A stretch of DNA of 64,000 bases from the IMG/VR virus record IMGVR_UViG_3300035698_012408; one strand, given 5' to 3'. The position numbers and the translations under genes were made by a program. Below are positions 61,829-64,000 of the stretch, piece after piece (within the stretch, counting starts at the first letter, position 1; every line of letters begins with the position of its first letter). The notes under the pieces were generated by a model. The model had not been told where the DNA came from and made no database searches. It worked only from the letters and a program-made list of their open reading frames with translations. This DNA comes from a virus.

Positions 61829-62810
61829 ATTGCAGTTCGTCCGCCTCATCGTCTTTGCTGGTCGGGGCATGCGTCACGGTTGTGTAGATCGGTGCTGGAG
61901 CCTTAGCAGCCCGCTGCCGTTCGCGTAACCGCATCGCCCGGTTCATTATCTCCTGCTTACTCCGGCCTGTCGTGTAGTTGTACGTGGCCAGTCCTGTGCC
62001 GCCGGCAAGTAATGCCATCGCAGCCACTAACGCACCCTTACTGCCTTGCACGTTGTCATGCCCAAACGGCGAATACATCGTGTTGAAAATATCATTAAGA
62101 CCATAAGCGAGCTTTTCACGCATGTCGCCGCCTTCCATAGCGGCAACCCGGTCATAGAGGTCATCGATACCTAATGCGTCTCCCGCGTGCTTCGCCTGCA
62201 TGGCCTGTCGATACTGCGACGCCAACGCCTTCTGGTAGTCGGCTTTCGCGTCTGTTACCTCACCTTCCTCAGTGGACTCTCGCTCGCGATCGAGCAGCCA
62301 GTCAGTGAGCTTCCAGCCGCCGTACAGACCGCCACCAGCCATGCCGATACCTGCCGTAGTTCCCCACCAATCACCCAACGGTGATGCCGTCGAGATGTTG
62401 GGCAGCATTTGCGCGAGAGAGTTCCACCACGGGGGTTTCGCGGCAGGTCCGGCGGAGCGTTTCTCACGCTCTTCATCCCTTCCGTGGATCGTGACGGGCG
62501 GCGGGGCAACATGATGAGATACCGGCGACTGGGTGTCATGTACTAGATCATTAACGCCCACCAACGCACGAGCGCCGCCGCCGAATGCTGCACCTAGACC
62601 AGCCAACCGCATGAGCTGCTTGAAGGCTTCACGTTTTGCATTTTGCTGTGCCACATGCGACGTATAAGACGGCCCAGTCAGATCAACGAAAGCCGTTTTC
62701 TCCTGCAAAGCCGCGGGCTCTTGCGAAGCCGTCTTCGCCTTCGTAGCTTGGGCGTACAGCCCCGAAAGTCCCTTCGGTGACCGCTGCTGTTGCTGTCGTT
62801 GCTTGACCAT
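61821..62810 (-). CDS. Gly-zipper membrane-helix protein (~329 aa)
   Basis: Start re-set to ATG 62810, with GGAGG 5 nt upstream. Segments AGLGAAFGGGARALVGV, TTAGIGMAGGGLYGGW and ALVAAMALLAGGTGLA. Confidence 0.6.
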   Translation of the reverse strand: MVKQRQQQQRSPKGLSGLYAQATKAKTASQEPAALQEKTAFVDLTGPSYTSHVAQQNAKREAFKQLMRLAGLGAAFGGGARALVGVNDLVHDTQSPVSHHVAPPPVTIHGRDEEREKRSAGPAAKPPWWNSLAQMLPNISTASPLGDWWGTTAGIGMAGGGLYGGWKLTDWLLDRERESTEEGEVTDAKADYQKALASQYRQAMQAKHAGDALGIDDLYDRVAAMEGGDMREKLAYGLNDIFNTMYSPFGHDNVQGSKGALVAAMALLAGGTGLATYNYTTGRSKQEIMNRAMRLRERQRAAKAPAPIYTTVTHAPTSKDDEADELQYG

Positions 62811-63183
62811 AACCCCCTCCTGGGTGTTTACCGCTAGGCGTCTCTCCGTAGATCTGGACCCATTCCAGCCATACGAGCAGCCCGCACTGTGCATCTGCCC
62901 AACGATCGATACGCTTATGCAGCATGTACCAACCGTTTACAATACGATCCATGATCTCTTCAAATTCGGTCTTCTCGTCGGGAACCCACAACTTGAATTG
63001 CTTGGAATGGTAATCGAGAGCAAGTTTCACCTGCTCTTCGTATTCATCCTGTCGCAAATCAGGAACGACGGGGCCCCGGTGTGGGAACCCCTCTGCTGTT
63101 CCTGGCCAATGCAAGGAGCCGCCGTGGCCTGTAGACTCGCCACCGCGCTCCTCAAAAAACTTCGCCATGCTGCCGTTGGGCAT
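62683..63183 (-). CDS. Hypothetical protein (166 aa)
   Basis: ATG at 63183 with GAGG 7 nt upstream. Its last ~42 codons overlap the next gene out of frame. Confidence 0.6.
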   Translation of the reverse strand: MPNGSMAKFFEERGGESTGHGGSLHWPGTAEGFPHRGPVVPDLRQDEYEEQVKLALDYHSKQFKLWVPDEKTEFEEIMDRIVNGWYMLHKRIDRWADAQCGLLVWLEWVQIYGETPSGKHPGGGYGQATTATAAVTEGTFGAVRPSYEGEDGFARARGFAGENGFR

Positions 63184-63209
63184 ATCTCAACCTCTGCTTT
63201 GGTGCGTTA

Positions 63210-63413
63210 TCAACAACGCGAGTAATCAATCGGCGCCGTTCGGGCATCCGCTTTGAGTTGTCCGACATCAAACAACTGTGTCGAACCACACGCGTGGCCG
63301 TCAAGACGGACGCTATTGTCGTCGCCGTCTACCGCCATCACTGTACCGCTCAAGCCTCGCCATTGCGAGCCTTCGTCGGCAACTGCTACTCGATCTGTCA
63401 CGATGAAAGCCAT
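63210..63413 (-). CDS. Small SH3/KOW-like protein, paralogue 2 (67 aa)
   Basis: Start re-set to ATG 63413, with GGGAGGG 8 nt upstream. MAFIVTDRVAVADEGSQWRGLSGTVMAVDGDDNSVRLDG. Confidence 0.6.
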   Translation of the reverse strand: MAFIVTDRVAVADEGSQWRGLSGTVMAVDGDDNSVRLDGHACGSTQLFDVGQLKADARTAPIDYSRC

Positions 63414-63465
63414 CTGAATTACCCTCCCTGGGTTAGTTGGCTGCGAGAAAACCACACGCCACTGA

Positions 63466-63663
63466 TTACGGATACGTAATCGGCGGCGCGATCGTGGTCG
63501 TGGTGAGTTCAGCGTCCAGCAACAGCACGGACTGGGTCGGCTGCTGGCCGTCCAATCGTACATGGTTGCCGTCGCTATCGACGGAGAGAACGGTACCGCT
63601 CTTGCCTCGCCATTGCGAGCTCTGGTCGGTAACGATAACGCGATCATCAGCAGTAAAGGCCAT
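63466..63663 (-). CDS. Small SH3/KOW-like protein, paralogue 1 (65 aa)
   Basis: The track start is a GTG. ATG 63663 has GAGGTGA 5 nt upstream. MAFTADDRVIVTDQSSQWRGKSGTVLSVDSDGNHVRLDG. Confidence 0.6.
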   Translation of the reverse strand: MAFTADDRVIVTDQSSQWRGKSGTVLSVDSDGNHVRLDGQQPTQSVLLLDAELTTTTIAPPITYP

Positions 63664-63681
63664 TTGGGTCACCTCATGTGT

Positions 63682-63984
63682 TTAGCCGTTAAAGAGTTTT
63701 GGTGCGGCAGGGGCCTGTCCCCGGTACCGCCGCTGCTTCATAGACCGACGGATCTTGTCAGCCTGTTGTGAATATGTGGCGATCAGCTCTTGACGCTTCG
63801 CCTCGTCTGGGTCCGCGTCGTCTTGTTGCATCTTTGCCATCGAGTAACCGACAGCGGGACCAGCGATTGCTGCGGCACCTAAACCGACAGCCCCTAGCTG
63901 GAATGGGAGCGTCAGGTAAGCCCGCGCGGCGTTCGCCAACGCAGGCAATCCAAAAGCTGCTCCCGTGACGCCGACGAGGGCCAT
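63682..63984 (-). CDS. Small membrane protein (100 aa), two Gly/Ala-rich helices
   Basis: ATG at 63984 with GAGGGA upstream. LVGVTGAAFGLPALANAA and LGAVGLGAAAIAGPAVGY. Confidence 0.6.
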   Translation of the reverse strand: MALVGVTGAAFGLPALANAARAYLTLPFQLGAVGLGAAAIAGPAVGYSMAKMQQDDADPDEAKRQELIATYSQQADKIRRSMKQRRYRGQAPAAPKLFNG

Positions 63985-64000
63985 CTTTACGCGTCCCTCT

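Noticed and set aside
54241-61870. Intein or intron interrupting the RNAP genes
   Set aside because: The conserved beta and beta' blocks follow one another without large unexplained insertions or Hint/LAGLIDADG-type motifs. The beta' break is a clean gene boundary, with two independent coupled ORFs between the halves.

Overview
This is a GC-rich 64-kb window in which every convincing gene lies on the minus strand. I count about 52 CDS. They are tightly packed, with many ATGA/TAATG stop-start overlaps and GGAGG-type Shine-Dalgarno sites. It reads as the virion/late region of a large contractile-tailed phage or prophage. From high to low coordinates:
- small membrane and SH3/KOW-like proteins;
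- a phage-encoded multisubunit RNA polymerase, with beta fused to the N-terminal half of beta' and the C-terminal half of beta' as a separate gene, the two separated by two unrelated ORFs;
- a head module: candidate portal, S78-like prohead protease, disordered scaffold-like protein, and an HK97-type major capsid candidate followed by a strong hairpin terminator;
- neck genes, sheath, tube, a spike-like beta-helix protein, a 1402-aa tape measure, a tube-like initiator and a hub;
- a sigma-70-family factor with a Cys/His-rich neighbour, embedded in the baseplate module;
- gp25/W-like and J-like baseplate proteins;
- a bank of at least six tail-fibre paralogues. One is a 1929-aa giant. Another is a collagen-like fibre that runs off the left edge and is absent from the supplied ORF track.

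A low-GC GIY-YIG homing endonuclease sits between two fibre genes. I recognised no rRNA, tRNA, CRISPR array, integrase, transposase, terminase or reverse transcriptase. The ORF track uses ATG/GTG/TTG longest-ORF starts, so I re-set several starts using SD sites and stop-start coupling. All long plus-strand ORFs look like antisense artefacts. Functional calls rest on motifs I read by eye and on gene order. No database search was possible.
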